Positions 1 to 9,233 of a stretch of DNA of 45,008 nucleotides are shown in pieces (position 1 is the stretch's first letter; the number at the start of each line of letters is the position of its first letter). The stretch covers positions 1 through 45,008 of the forward strand of contig JAGDCW010000144.1 of the NCBI GenBank assembly GCA_017958305.1, in the 5' to 3' direction. Below the pieces are notes generated by a model. That model saw only the letters and a list, made by a program, of their open reading frames with translations. It had not been told where the DNA came from and did not search any database. The translations under genes and the position numbers were made by a program. The stretch is from Bacteroidales bacterium. GTDB taxonomy: Bacteria; Bacteroidota; Bacteroidia; Bacteroidales; UBA1402.

Positions 1-1088
1 AAGCGTCCGGCACGGAGCAGGGCCTTGTCCAGGATGTCGGCACGGTTGGTGGCAGCCATGATGATGACGCCGCTGTTGGTGCCGAAGCCGTCCATCTCGG
101 TGAGCAATTGGTTGAGCGTGTTTTCCCGCTCGTCGTTGGCTCCCATGTTGGGATTCTTGCCACGGGCGCGTCCGACGGCGTCTATTTCGTCGATGAAGAT
201 GATACAGGGGGCTTTTTCCTTGGCCTGGCGGAAGAGGTCGCGCACACGCGAGGCTCCCACGCCGACGAACATCTCGACAAAGTCGGAACCCGACATTGAG
301 AAGAAAGGCACATCGGCTTCACCGGCCACGGCTTTGGCCAGCAAGGTTTTGCCGGTACCCGGAGGGCCGACCAGCAGGGCGCCCTTGGGAATCTTGCCGC
401 CCAGTTCGGTGTATTTGGCCGGGTTTTTCAGGAACGAGACGATTTCCTCGACTTCCTGCTTGGCTTCGGCCAGCCCGGCTACATCCTTGAAAGTGACGCG
501 GTTGGAGCTTCCTTTGTCGAAGAGGCGGGCCTGTGACTTGCCCACACTGAAGATGTTGCCGCCGCCCCCGCCACCGGCCGGACCGCCCGACATACGGCGC
601 ATGAGGAAGACCCAGAGCAGAATGAGCAGCACAAACGGTCCCAGGTTGACCAGCAGGCTGACGAGCAGGTTGGAGCCTTCCTTGTAGATGACTTCCATGT
701 CCAAATCGGCCTTGTCCTGCCTGACTTGCGAAACAAAACTGTTGAATTCGTCGGCCGAAGGAATCTTGACCGTCAGGGTGGGGGGATTGTTCATCTTGAC
801 ATCTTCCCCGAAGACCTCCTTGAGGGCTTCCTTGCGGACGTTGAGCTCGACCTCGTTCTTGTTGGAGATACAGGTGGCCTGCTGGATATAGCCGGCAGAG
901 ATGTATTCTTCCATCTTGGTCCAGGAAATCTCCCGGCTGCCTCCGCTTTTGCCGGAGAATAGATTGGCGGCTACCAGACCGGCCAGGATGATGGCATAGA
1001 TCCAGTAGATATTGAACTTGGGCTGTTTGCCCCGGCCCTGGCGGGGCCGGAACTCGGGCACGGGACGGTTGTGGCTGTTTTCTTCCAT
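1..1088 (-). CDS. ftsH: ATP-dependent zinc metalloprotease FtsH (3' part runs off the window; not in the ORF track)
   Basis: Manual translation from ATG at 1088: [39 protein letters not shown]..., two TM segments, Walker [21 protein letters not shown], Walker [13 protein letters not shown], then [16 protein letters not shown] and [18 protein letters not shown]. Confidence 0.97.
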   Translation of the reverse strand, partial: MEENSHNRPVPEFRPRQGRGKQPKFNIYWIYAIILAGLVAANLFSGKSGGSREISWTKMEEYISAGYIQQATCISNKNEVELNVRKEALKEVFGEDVKMNNPPTLTVKIPSADEFNSFVSQVRQDKADLDMEVIYKEGSNLLVSLLVNLGPFVLLILLWVFLMRRMSGGPAGGGGGGNIFSVGKSQARLFDKGSSNRVTFKDVAGLAEAKQEVEEIVSFLKNPAKYTELGGKIPKGALLVGPPGTGKTLLAKAVAGEADVPFFSMSGSDFVEMFVGVGASRVRDLFRQAKEKAPCIIFIDEIDAVGRARGKNPNMGANDERENTLNQLLTEMDGFGTNSGVIIMAATNRADILDKALLRAGR

Positions 1089-1108
1089 GATACGTGTTTG
1101 ACAGGGGA

Positions 1109-1468
1109 TTAACTGAGGGAGGGTATCTCGGTCAGGGCGGCATCCGACCACAGGTGCTCCAGATCGTAGAACTGGCGGGCTTCATGGTTGAATATGTGCA
1201 CCATGATGTCTCCGTAGTCCATGGCTATCCACAGGGCGTTGCGCTGGCCTTCGCAGGAGTAGGGCTTGGCCTTGCATTGTTTGCGCACGTAGTCTTCGAT
1301 GTGGTCGGTGATGGCCAGGATCTGGGTGTTGGAGTTGCCTTCGCAAATGACGAAATAATCGCACACGGAGTTGTCGAGACCGGTCAGATCGACCAGAGTG
1401 ATCTGTTGGCCTTTGCGCTCCTGGATGGCGTCGGTGATGTGTTTGATGAGTGTCTTGTTGCTTGTCAT
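1109..1468 (-). CDS. rsfS: Ribosome silencing factor RsfS (Iojap family)
   Basis: 119 aa with motifs [24 protein letters not shown] and [13 protein letters not shown]; lies directly upstream of ftsH. Confidence 0.95.
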   Translation of the reverse strand: MTSNKTLIKHITDAIQERKGQQITLVDLTGLDNSVCDYFVICEGNSNTQILAITDHIEDYVRKQCKAKPYSCEGQRNALWIAMDYGDIMVHIFNHEARQFYDLEHLWSDAALTEIPSLS

Positions 1469-1487
1469 TGATAAAATCTTGGTTCGC

Positions 1488-1495
1488 CAAAGATA
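1488..1495 (-). promoter_or_regulatory. Possible internal Bacteroidetes -7 box (TATCTTTG) for rsfS-ftsH
   Basis: CAAAGATA on + reads TATCTTTG on -, 19 nt upstream of the rsfS ATG. No matching -33 TTTG at canonical spacing. Confidence 0.5.
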
Positions 1496-1501
1496 ACACT
1501 A

Positions 1502-2818
1502 TTATGACTTATATCGTATCCATTTCCACAAATCTTTGTAGGTGACTTTCTTGCCGTACATCAAAATACCCGTGCGATATATCTTGGCCGCCAGCTTGAC
1601 GCAGAGCAGGAAGGTGATCACCAGCAGCCCGAACGAGAGGGCTATCTGCCAGAAAGGCACTCCCATGGGCAAGCGAACCATCATCACCACGGGCGAGAAG
1701 AAGGGAATGAACGAACACCAGAACACCAGTGGACCGTCGGGGTTCATGGCCCCGTAGATGCCGATGTACAAGGCCAGCAGCACCGGGATGGTGATGGCCA
1801 GGGTGAACTGCTGCGAGTCCTCGTTGTTGTCGACGGCGCCTCCGATGGCGGCAAAGAGCGAGGCGTAAAGCAGGTAGCCGCCCAGGAAGAAGAGGATGAA
1901 CCAGATGATGATGCTCGTCCAGTTGAACGACTGGAAGATCTGGATGCCGTTGAGCGCCTCGGCGCTGAGGTTGACATCCATCGTCTCGACTGCCTGCGGC
2001 ATGTTGGCCGACATGAGCGTATCGACAGGCAGTCCCATGGAGGCCAGACCGATGGTGCCGAGCAGCGAGATCAGCAGGATCCACATGATGAACTGGGTGA
2101 GGCCGACCAATGCGATGCCGACGATCTTGCCCATCATCAGTTGGAAAGGCTTGACCGAGGAGACGATGATCTCGACGATGCGGTTGGATTTCTCTTCCAC
2201 CACGCCGTTCATGACCATGCTGCCGTAGGCAAAAATGAATATGTAGATGAGCATGGTGGCTACCATGCCGATGACCATCGAAATCTCGGAAGATGTCTTG
2301 ATTTCCTGGCCTTCGGCCTTGTCGGACCAAAGAATGTTTTCCGTGTGGACGGCGGGATGCGCTTCCTTCAGGATCTGTGCCAGTTCGGGGATGTCGTAGG
2401 AGGCTATCTTGTCGTCCGAAGCCATCTTCTCGAACTGGTTGCGGATGTCGCTGCCCAAGTCCATGGGAATCTGCCGGGTGGCGTAGATCTTGACCTGTCC
2501 GGTGCTGTCGGTCAGGTTGCCGCGGATGGACAGCCAGGCGTAGAAATCGTTGCGATTCTCGGGGGCCAGGGCGGAGATGTCCTCGCCGACGGCGACAAAC
2601 TGCCAGCTTTTGCTGTCCTGCAGCCGGCCGGCATACAGTCCGCTTTCGTCGTTGACGGCGACAAGCTGGGTCTTGCTGCTCTTGACGGTGGAAAGCAGCA
2701 GGGGCACCATGATGAGGGCCACCATGAGCAGAGGAGTGAGGAAGGTCATGATGATGAAGGATTTCTTGCGGACCCTCGACAAATATTCCCGTTGTATGAT
2801 GATAGACAGTTTGTTCAT
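1502..2818 (-). CDS. ABC-2 type transporter permease (NatB/YhaP-like)
   Basis: N-terminal IIQREYLSRVRKKSF plus TM, large extracytoplasmic loop, VVEEKSNRIVEIIVSSVKPFQLMMGKIVG, several C-terminal TMs, AAKIYRTGILMYGKK. Confidence 0.88.
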   Translation of the reverse strand: MNKLSIIIQREYLSRVRKKSFIIMTFLTPLLMVALIMVPLLLSTVKSSKTQLVAVNDESGLYAGRLQDSKSWQFVAVGEDISALAPENRNDFYAWLSIRGNLTDSTGQVKIYATRQIPMDLGSDIRNQFEKMASDDKIASYDIPELAQILKEAHPAVHTENILWSDKAEGQEIKTSSEISMVIGMVATMLIYIFIFAYGSMVMNGVVEEKSNRIVEIIVSSVKPFQLMMGKIVGIALVGLTQFIMWILLISLLGTIGLASMGLPVDTLMSANMPQAVETMDVNLSAEALNGIQIFQSFNWTSIIIWFILFFLGGYLLYASLFAAIGGAVDNNEDSQQFTLAITIPVLLALYIGIYGAMNPDGPLVFWCSFIPFFSPVVMMVRLPMGVPFWQIALSFGLLVITFLLCVKLAAKIYRTGILMYGKKVTYKDLWKWIRYKS

Positions 2819-2830
2819 CTTCGTGAAGCT

Positions 2831-3763
2831 TTAGTGTTGTTCGATAGTTTGTACGGTCTTGATGAAAATCTCGTTCATGTCGGGGATGAGTTCCTCGAAG
2901 GAAATCACGTCGAAACGTTCGGAGATTTGCTTGAAAACGTCGGGTATCAGGGCCTGTCCGGTTTTGCGCAGCTGCCATGTCCAGTAATGGCTGCTTTCGG
3001 TCAGGTTGTCCCACTGGTAGAGGTCGGAATCGAGCAGTTGACGACCGGCCTGCCCGTCGGCGGGACGGCGCACCTTGACCAGGTATTGGCCCTGACGGTG
3101 GTTTTCGCGGATGTCGTCCACATCGCCTTGGAGCACCAGGCGGGAGCGGTTGATCAGGCCGATTTCGTCGCAGATTTCCTCGACCGAGGCCATGTTGTGT
3201 GTGGAGAACATGATGGTGGCTCCCTGGGTCTTCAACTCCAGGATCTCGTTGCGGATGAGCTGGGCGTTGACTGGGTCGAAACCACTGAAGGGTTCGTCGA
3301 AAATGAGGAACTCGGGACGGTGCATCACCGTGATGATGAACTGCACTTTCTGCTGCATGCCCTTGGAGAGTTCGCCCAGTTTCTTGTCGGCCCAGTCCTT
3401 GATTTCGAATTTCTCGAACCAGTGTCTGAGGCTCTGCCGGGCATCGTTGCGGGTCATGCCCTTGAGTTGGGCCAGGTAGAGGGCCTGCTCGGCCACTTTC
3501 ATTTTCTTATACAGGCCGCGCTCCTCGGGCAGGTAGCCGATCTTGGCCATGTCGGCCCCGGTCATCTGGCGGCCGTTGAAGATGACTTGGCCGCTGTCGG
3601 GGGCGGTGATGTGGTTGATGATGCGGATCAGGGTGCTCTTGCCGGCTCCGTTGGGGCCGAGCAGTCCGTAGATCTTGCCTTCGTGGACCTGGATGCTGAC
3701 GTCGTCCAGGGCTTTGTGGCCGCTGTATTGCTTGACCACGTTGCGGGTTTCAAGATAGTACAT
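2831..3763 (-). CDS. ABC transporter ATP-binding protein (NatA/YhaQ-like)
   Basis: Walker A GPNGAGKS, YLPEERGLY, signature LSKGMQQK, Walker B LIFDEPFSGFDP, H-loop FSTH. Confidence 0.92.
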   Translation of the reverse strand: MYYLETRNVVKQYSGHKALDDVSIQVHEGKIYGLLGPNGAGKSTLIRIINHITAPDSGQVIFNGRQMTGADMAKIGYLPEERGLYKKMKVAEQALYLAQLKGMTRNDARQSLRHWFEKFEIKDWADKKLGELSKGMQQKVQFIITVMHRPEFLIFDEPFSGFDPVNAQLIRNEILELKTQGATIMFSTHNMASVEEICDEIGLINRSRLVLQGDVDDIRENHRQGQYLVKVRRPADGQAGRQLLDSDLYQWDNLTESSHYWTWQLRKTGQALIPDVFKQISERFDVISFEELIPDMNEIFIKTVQTIEQH

Positions 3764-3769
3764 GTGTTC

Positions 3770-5863
3770 CTATAAACTGATGATTCTTTCTCCCAAGGCC
3801 TTGGCAAACACTTTCTCGGTCTCTCGCAGGTCGCGGTAGGTGGTCATCCATTGCACGACCGCCTGGCTGTCGCCGTTCTGCTGGGCCAGTTTGATCTGCT
3901 GCATGGCCTCTTTGATCTTTTCTTTCAGTATCTTGTATTTCCAGTCTTCGATGAGGTGGGGGATGAGTTCGCCGAGCATGTCCTCCTCTTTCTTCACTTT
4001 TTTGCGGAAACTCATCGAATCGTTCTCTTCGGGCAGGTAGATCTTGCTCAATTCGTAGCGGTCGGTGACCAGTTCGGCGGCCGTCAGGCTCACTTGGCTG
4101 TCCTGGTGCCGGAGAAAGTAGCGCTCTGCTACGAAGCCCGGGTCTGAGATATGCTGGCAGGCCTCTTCGTACATCTTTCGATAGCAGGGATCGGAAAATG
4201 TAACTTGGTCAATCTGAAGCTCTTCCATGATATATTCCAGCACGGAGACTGTTCGTCCGTCTTCCTCTGTGAAAAGGCTGCGCTCGCCATAGCGGACAAT
4301 CATCCTGAGCAGGTTTTTTTCGTAGTCCTGCATGCCGTTGGAGGTCTGCCGCGGCGGCAGTTGGGGCGGGGCGCCGGCCGGCTCGTCGTCGGGGCGGGCC
4401 AGCTGCGGTATCTCGGTAGGGAAGGGAACCTCTTCGGAGGGGGAAGCCATGTCGGGCTGGCCCGTCTGGCCGCTCGGGGCCGCCTGGCCTGCCTGTTGCA
4501 GGCGGTAGTCCTGGTAGCGTTGCTGCATGTCTCGCTGCTGACGGTTGCGCTCGGCTTGCCGCCAGCGTCGTTTGTTGACCTCCTTGAGCAGCATGTCCTC
4601 GCGGGTGTCCAGCGACCGGCTGCATTCCTTGATGTATTCCGACCGGATGATTTCGTTGGGGATGAGGGCAATGCTCTCGACCAGGTCCTGGATGAGGGAG
4701 GCACGGGCCAGGGGATCGTTGCCGCAGTCCTTGAGCAGGATCTCGGTCTTGAAGCGGATAAAGTCGGTCTCGTTCTCCTTGATGTAGTCCATGAACTGCG
4801 ACGAACTGTGGCTCTGGGCGTAGGAATCGGGGTCCTCGCCCTCGGGCAGCAGCACTACCTTGATGTTGAGCCCTTCCTCGAGCAGCAGGTTGATGCCCCT
4901 GAGGGAGGCCTTGATGCCGGCGGCATCGCCGTCGTAGAGCACGGTGACGTTTTCCGTGAAACGGTGGATGAGCCTGATCTGGCCGTGGGTGAGCGAAGTG
5001 CCCGAAGAGGCGACCACGTTGCAGATGCCGGCCTGGTGCATGGAGATGACATCCAGGTAGCCTTCGACCAGGAAACAGCGGTCTTGCTTGACAATGGCCT
5101 GCTTGGCGAAATACAGGCCGTACAGCTCGGCGCTCTTGCTGTATATTTCCGATTCGGGTGAGTTGACGTATTTGGCCAGCTTGTCCGATTTCTTCAGGAT
5201 GCGGCCGCCGAAAGCCACCACTTTGCCCGAGACGGTGTGCACCGGGAAAATGACGCGTTCGCGGTAGCGGTCGTAGAGGTTGCCGCCCTCGCCCTGCAGG
5301 GAAAGGCCGGTCTTGATGAGCAAGTCTTTGCTGTAGCCCTTGCGCAGGGCGCCAAGGGTGAATTCGTCGCGCTTCTCGGGACTGAAGCCCAGTTGGAACT
5401 GCCGGATGATGTCGTCGCGGAGCCCGCGTTCCTGTTGGAGATACCTCAGGCCGATGCTGCGCCCTTCGGGGGTGTTGTGCAGGGTGTCGACAAAGAAGTC
5501 GCGGGCGAACTCGTTGATGACGAACATGCTCTCGCGGTCGTTGCGCCGCTGCTGTTCCTCCGGGCTGAGCTCCTTTTCGACGACTTCGATGTGATACTTT
5601 CTCGCCAGCCACTTGAGCGCCTCGTAGTAGGAGAGTTGCTCATGCTCCATGATGAAATGGACCACATTGCCTCCTTTGCCGCAGCTGAAGCATTTGCAGA
5701 TGCCTTTTGACGGGGACACGCTGAAGGAAGGGGTCTTTTCGTCGTGGAAAGGGCAGAGGCCCACATAGTTGGCCCCTCTCTTCCGCAAGTTGACGAAATC
5801 GCCGATCACCTCCTCGATGCGGGCGGCACTCATGATCTTGTTTATGGTCTGCGGATCAATCAT
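3770..5863 (-). CDS. dnaG: DNA primase
   Basis: CHC2 zinc finger CPFHDEKTPSF...CFSC, KYVNSPES, TOPRIM motifs VEGYLDV and YDGDAAG, EDPD. Confidence 0.98.
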   Translation of the reverse strand: MIDPQTINKIMSAARIEEVIGDFVNLRKRGANYVGLCPFHDEKTPSFSVSPSKGICKCFSCGKGGNVVHFIMEHEQLSYYEALKWLARKYHIEVVEKELSPEEQQRRNDRESMFVINEFARDFFVDTLHNTPEGRSIGLRYLQQERGLRDDIIRQFQLGFSPEKRDEFTLGALRKGYSKDLLIKTGLSLQGEGGNLYDRYRERVIFPVHTVSGKVVAFGGRILKKSDKLAKYVNSPESEIYSKSAELYGLYFAKQAIVKQDRCFLVEGYLDVISMHQAGICNVVASSGTSLTHGQIRLIHRFTENVTVLYDGDAAGIKASLRGINLLLEEGLNIKVVLLPEGEDPDSYAQSHSSSQFMDYIKENETDFIRFKTEILLKDCGNDPLARASLIQDLVESIALIPNEIIRSEYIKECSRSLDTREDMLLKEVNKRRWRQAERNRQQRDMQQRYQDYRLQQAGQAAPSGQTGQPDMASPSEEVPFPTEIPQLARPDDEPAGAPPQLPPRQTSNGMQDYEKNLLRMIVRYGERSLFTEEDGRTVSVLEYIMEELQIDQVTFSDPCYRKMYEEACQHISDPGFVAERYFLRHQDSQVSLTAAELVTDRYELSKIYLPEENDSMSFRKKVKKEEDMLGELIPHLIEDWKYKILKEKIKEAMQQIKLAQQNGDSQAVVQWMTTYRDLRETEKVFAKALGERIISL

Positions 5864-5953
5864 CTGGGTACACTTAGATTTTTTTTGAGCAGCCCTGCGC
5901 TTTTTTAATAATTATTTATCTGAAACGAATTAGGTCGAAAGAATATTTGTACC

Positions 5954-5961
5954 TATATTTG
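5954..5961 (+). promoter_or_regulatory. Bacteroidetes -7 box TATATTTG, candidate promoter of the SusCD/fasciclin cassette
   Basis: Exact TAnnTTTG followed by C. Only an imperfect -33 (TTAG, 5930-5933) at 20 nt spacing. Confidence 0.55.
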
Positions 5962-6002
5962 CGTCCAAATGCGGATGCCTTTCGCTTTCGACTGGACTGC
6001 CG

Positions 6003-6033
6003 CAAAAGTAATTGTTTTGGAGAGAAAATCAAA
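6003..6033 (-). promoter_or_regulatory. Bacteroidetes sigma-A promoter for the dnaG operon
   Basis: On -: TTTG (6033-6030), 19 nt, TACTTTTG (6010-6003); matches the TTTG-N19..21-TAnnTTTG consensus. Confidence 0.7.
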
Positions 6034-6051
6034 GACTATAACTCTATGGAT

Positions 6052-9000
6052 ATGTTGAAACGATCACAAAGCCTTTTGTCGGTGCTTGTGGCTGTGGCAC
6101 TTGTCTGTGTGTCCTCGTGTAAGGATCCGTATCATTACGACGACCGGGAGCCGGACTGGCTGGGTGCAAGCATCTATGATTATCTGAAGTCGCACCGTGA
6201 CTCGGCCGGTAATCCGGATTACTCCTATTTCGTCCGCATCATCGACTCCTGCAACTACAAGGACGTCCTCAACAGGACCGGTAGCAAGACCATGTTCGTG
6301 TGCAAGGACAAATCATTCGAAGAGTATTTCCGCAACAACGACGAGGGTGTCACCTGTTTCGAGGATTTCACCCGCTCGATGCTGAACCGCATCATGGAAT
6401 ACTCCATGGTGAACGACGCCAACCTGGTGGAAATGCTTTCCTATGAGGCCGGCTACGTCAAGGGTATGGTCATGCGCCGGGAAACTTCGCTCGACCCGCT
6501 CGACATGCTCGATTTCGAGAAGGAGAGCCTGCCGGCCAAGAATCCTTACTTCGCCCCCTACCGTGCGAAAGGCATCTATGTCCTCAACGACAACACCTCG
6601 CCCCGTCTGATTCATATCCTGCAGGAACTGGTCGATGTCCACAACATTACGGACGACGACTTTGCCGTGTTGTTCAACGGTTTGCAGCATCAGAAAGGCG
6701 ACGGCTTTGTGCTCAACCACAAGATCATAGAGAGGGACATCACTTGCAAGAACGGTTATATCCACGTCCTGGACGGCCTGTTGCTGCCGCGTGAGAACAT
6801 GGCCGCCTTCATCCGCAAGAACAGCAACCTGACAGTCTTCAATTCGCTGATGGATCGTTTCAGCGCCCCGTATCCTGATGTCAACCGTTCGAACACCTAT
6901 CGTCAGTTACATCCCGATTTCCCCCTGGAAGACACCATCTATGTCCGCCGCTATTTCGCTTCCCTGTCGCAGGGCGGCGGCAATACGCTGACTCCTGCCG
7001 GTGCCTCTGTCCCTGAATCGGAGCGCCTGATCCTGGATCCGGGCTGGAACGGATACGAGCGGAACGGCAACGGCCGCAACGACATGGCTGCCATCTTCGT
7101 GCCGAACGACCAGGCCATGCAGGAGTACTTCTCGCCCACGGGCGAAGGTTCCTACCTCTACGACCGTTATCATGTTTGGGACAGTGTGCCCAACGACATC
7201 GCCTGCAAGTTCATCAATGCACACATGAAATATTCCTTCCTGACTTCGCTGCCCAGCAAGTTCATCGGACTGAAGAACGAGCAGTGGGACGAAATCGGCG
7301 TCCGCAAGGAGCATGTCCAGGAAGCCCGTGTGACGACCAACGGTGCCGTCTATGTCACCAACAAAGTGTATCCGCCCGTTGAATATGCCTCGGTCATGGC
7401 ACCGGTGCTGGTCGGTTTGAACACCCGCGTCTTCAACAAAGGCTTGGCCGACCTGAACTTCGACATCTACCTGAAGTCGATGGAGACGGTCTATACCAAC
7501 GGCTATGTGCCCCCCTATACATTCATTGTCCCGAGCGACGAGGGAATCAGCAACTACATCTATCCTTCGTCCATGGGCCGGCCTTATCACGAAGTGCTGG
7601 ATTTCGTTTATAACGAGGACAACAATGCCGTAGAGGCAATCCGTTACCAGATCGATGAGTCCGATCCCGGCGCCCGCGTGCGTGTCGGCACGGATGATTC
7701 CCGGATGTCGGGTTCCACCATCACCGCCTTGATGAACGAGATGCTCGACTACCATATTATAATAGGTGAGTTGAAGCCCGAACAGGAATACTACCAGACC
7801 AAGGGAATGGGTTATGTCCGTGTCCAGATGACCGACGACAACAACGTGAAGGTCTGGGGTGGCGGCAACATGGAACAAAACCAGACTTGGGGCGGCAGCT
7901 CCGGTGCCTGGAACGATCCGGCCTATTCGCCCAACCTGACCAAGTTCCTGAACTTCCGCAACGGTAAGACCTACATGGTGGACAAGGTGCTGCAGCAGCC
8001 CTTCAACTCGGTTTACAAGACCTTGAGGTCTCATAGCGAGTTTACCGACTTCCTGAATGCCTGCTCCGATATTTCGGATCCCAACAAGCTGATTTTTGTC
8101 AGCTCGATCAAGAACACTTCGATGATCGACCAGAACGTCAAGTTCTACATTGCCTACCACTACACGCTCTATGTGCCCAACAACGCCGCCATGGCCAAGG
8201 CCTATGCGGCCGGTCTGCCCACCTGGACACAGATCAATGCCACTTCCGACCAGGCCAAGAAACGTCAGATGACGGCCAAGATGGTCGATTTCCTGAGATA
8301 TCACTTCCAGGATAATTCGGTCTTCATCAAGGGCTACGAGGTTGCAGACACCACCTACGAGACTTCGCTCATCAACTCCGCCACCGGTAAGTTCTACACG
8401 CTGAATGTCACCCAGGACGGCGAGAATCTGACCTTGACTCCGGCCGCATCCTTCAACACCGGACAGGAAGTGCCTTACAGCATCAACAAACGTGGTTCGG
8501 TCAAGGTGGAAAAGAGTCACAACCTGTACAACCTGATGGCCCGCGACCTGTATTTCAGCGGTGCGAATATCTCCAATGTCTCGGCATCCTTGTCGGACTA
8601 TTCGGCCCGTACCACCGTCCACGAGCTCGACACCTTCCTGACGGTGATCAAGGCTCCGAGCCTGTCGTTCAACTACACGGCCACCAACAAGGACTACATG
8701 ATTGTCCTGGCCACCACGGCGGTTGACGACAACGGCGACGGCGTGGTCTATAACGGCACGGCCGCCAACGGCAACCAGGTCATCATTGAGAAAGGTTTGA
8801 AGTATTACTGGAGTCTGGATCCGGATACAGCGTATCTCATTATCCCTTCATCGACGGAAAAGAAAGTCCATTATTGGAAGCAATGGAAGTCAGCAACTGG
8901 CACAATGTCTTCTGAAAAGATCAACTCGGTCGATGTCACGGCCACAGGTGTGGCGCTCAGCCCCGGTGATGTGGATCCTATGTACGGTCGTAAACTGTTC

Positions 9001-9231
9001 TACTACAAGGACGGCACCAAGGACTACAATTTCAATGCGGGCAGAAGGGAAATCTACGACCCCGTTAAGGATAAAATGGTGAGCGACTCCTTGCTCTATG
9101 TGCAGGCTTATGCCGTCAGCAAGTATTACGAAAACGGTACGACCACTCCGACCAATGCCACGGACGAGCACTTGCAGGCAGCCAGCAAAGTTATATGTGT
9201 AAACACCAATACCGGTTCGATAGTTAAATAG
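6052..9231 (+). CDS. Large surface lipoprotein with four fasciclin (FAS1)-like domains and a C-terminal extension
   Basis: The start is probably ATG 6052 (or 6046) rather than 5947, giving signal MLKRSQSLLSVLVAVALVCVSS-C-KDPYHYDD. H1-like motifs: KTMFVCKD, AAIFVPND, YTFIVPSD, YTLYVPNN. H2-like motifs: NGYIHVLDGLL, NGAVYVTNKV, NGKTYMVDKVL, TTVHELDTFL. Confidence 0.85.
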   Translation: MLKRSQSLLSVLVAVALVCVSSCKDPYHYDDREPDWLGASIYDYLKSHRDSAGNPDYSYFVRIIDSCNYKDVLNRTGSKTMFVCKDKSFEEYFRNNDEGVTCFEDFTRSMLNRIMEYSMVNDANLVEMLSYEAGYVKGMVMRRETSLDPLDMLDFEKESLPAKNPYFAPYRAKGIYVLNDNTSPRLIHILQELVDVHNITDDDFAVLFNGLQHQKGDGFVLNHKIIERDITCKNGYIHVLDGLLLPRENMAAFIRKNSNLTVFNSLMDRFSAPYPDVNRSNTYRQLHPDFPLEDTIYVRRYFASLSQGGGNTLTPAGASVPESERLILDPGWNGYERNGNGRNDMAAIFVPNDQAMQEYFSPTGEGSYLYDRYHVWDSVPNDIACKFINAHMKYSFLTSLPSKFIGLKNEQWDEIGVRKEHVQEARVTTNGAVYVTNKVYPPVEYASVMAPVLVGLNTRVFNKGLADLNFDIYLKSMETVYTNGYVPPYTFIVPSDEGISNYIYPSSMGRPYHEVLDFVYNEDNNAVEAIRYQIDESDPGARVRVGTDDSRMSGSTITALMNEMLDYHIIIGELKPEQEYYQTKGMGYVRVQMTDDNNVKVWGGGNMEQNQTWGGSSGAWNDPAYSPNLTKFLNFRNGKTYMVDKVLQQPFNSVYKTLRSHSEFTDFLNACSDISDPNKLIFVSSIKNTSMIDQNVKFYIAYHYTLYVPNNAAMAKAYAAGLPTWTQINATSDQAKKRQMTAKMVDFLRYHFQDNSVFIKGYEVADTTYETSLINSATGKFYTLNVTQDGENLTLTPAASFNTGQEVPYSINKRGSVKVEKSHNLYNLMARDLYFSGANISNVSASLSDYSARTTVHELDTFLTVIKAPSLSFNYTATNKDYMIVLATTAVDDNGDGVVYNGTAANGNQVIIEKGLKYYWSLDPDTAYLIIPSSTEKKVHYWKQWKSATGTMSSEKINSVDVTATGVALSPGDVDPMYGRKLFYYKDGTKDYNFNAGRREIYDPVKDKMVSDSLLYVQAYAVSKYYENGTTTPTNATDEHLQAASKVICVNTNTGSIVK

Positions 9232-9233
9232 TT

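Noticed and set aside
4340-4560. Gln/Pro-rich low-complexity stretch in DnaG
   Set aside because: It is an in-frame flexible linker before the C-terminal domain, with no nucleotide repeat or intein motifs.
5879-5906. T-flanked GC patch (TTTTTTTTGAGCAGCCCTGCGCTTTTTT) as a terminator or attenuator for dnaG
   Set aside because: The stem is only 3-4 bp, and on the dnaG strand it is followed by A, not U.
5947-6045. 5' extensions given by the ORF track (also mnmA 28634, dsbD 32132, topB 33850, higB 41783, higA 42096)
   Set aside because: They run through promoters, hairpins or neighbouring genes. The downstream ATGs give proper signal peptides or family-typical N-termini.
5864-6051. Invertible (phase-variable) promoter for the SusCD cassette
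   Set aside because: The only inverted match (TTTGCG/CGCAAA) is explained by the two opposing -7 boxes. There are no long flanking inverted repeats and no recombinase in the window.
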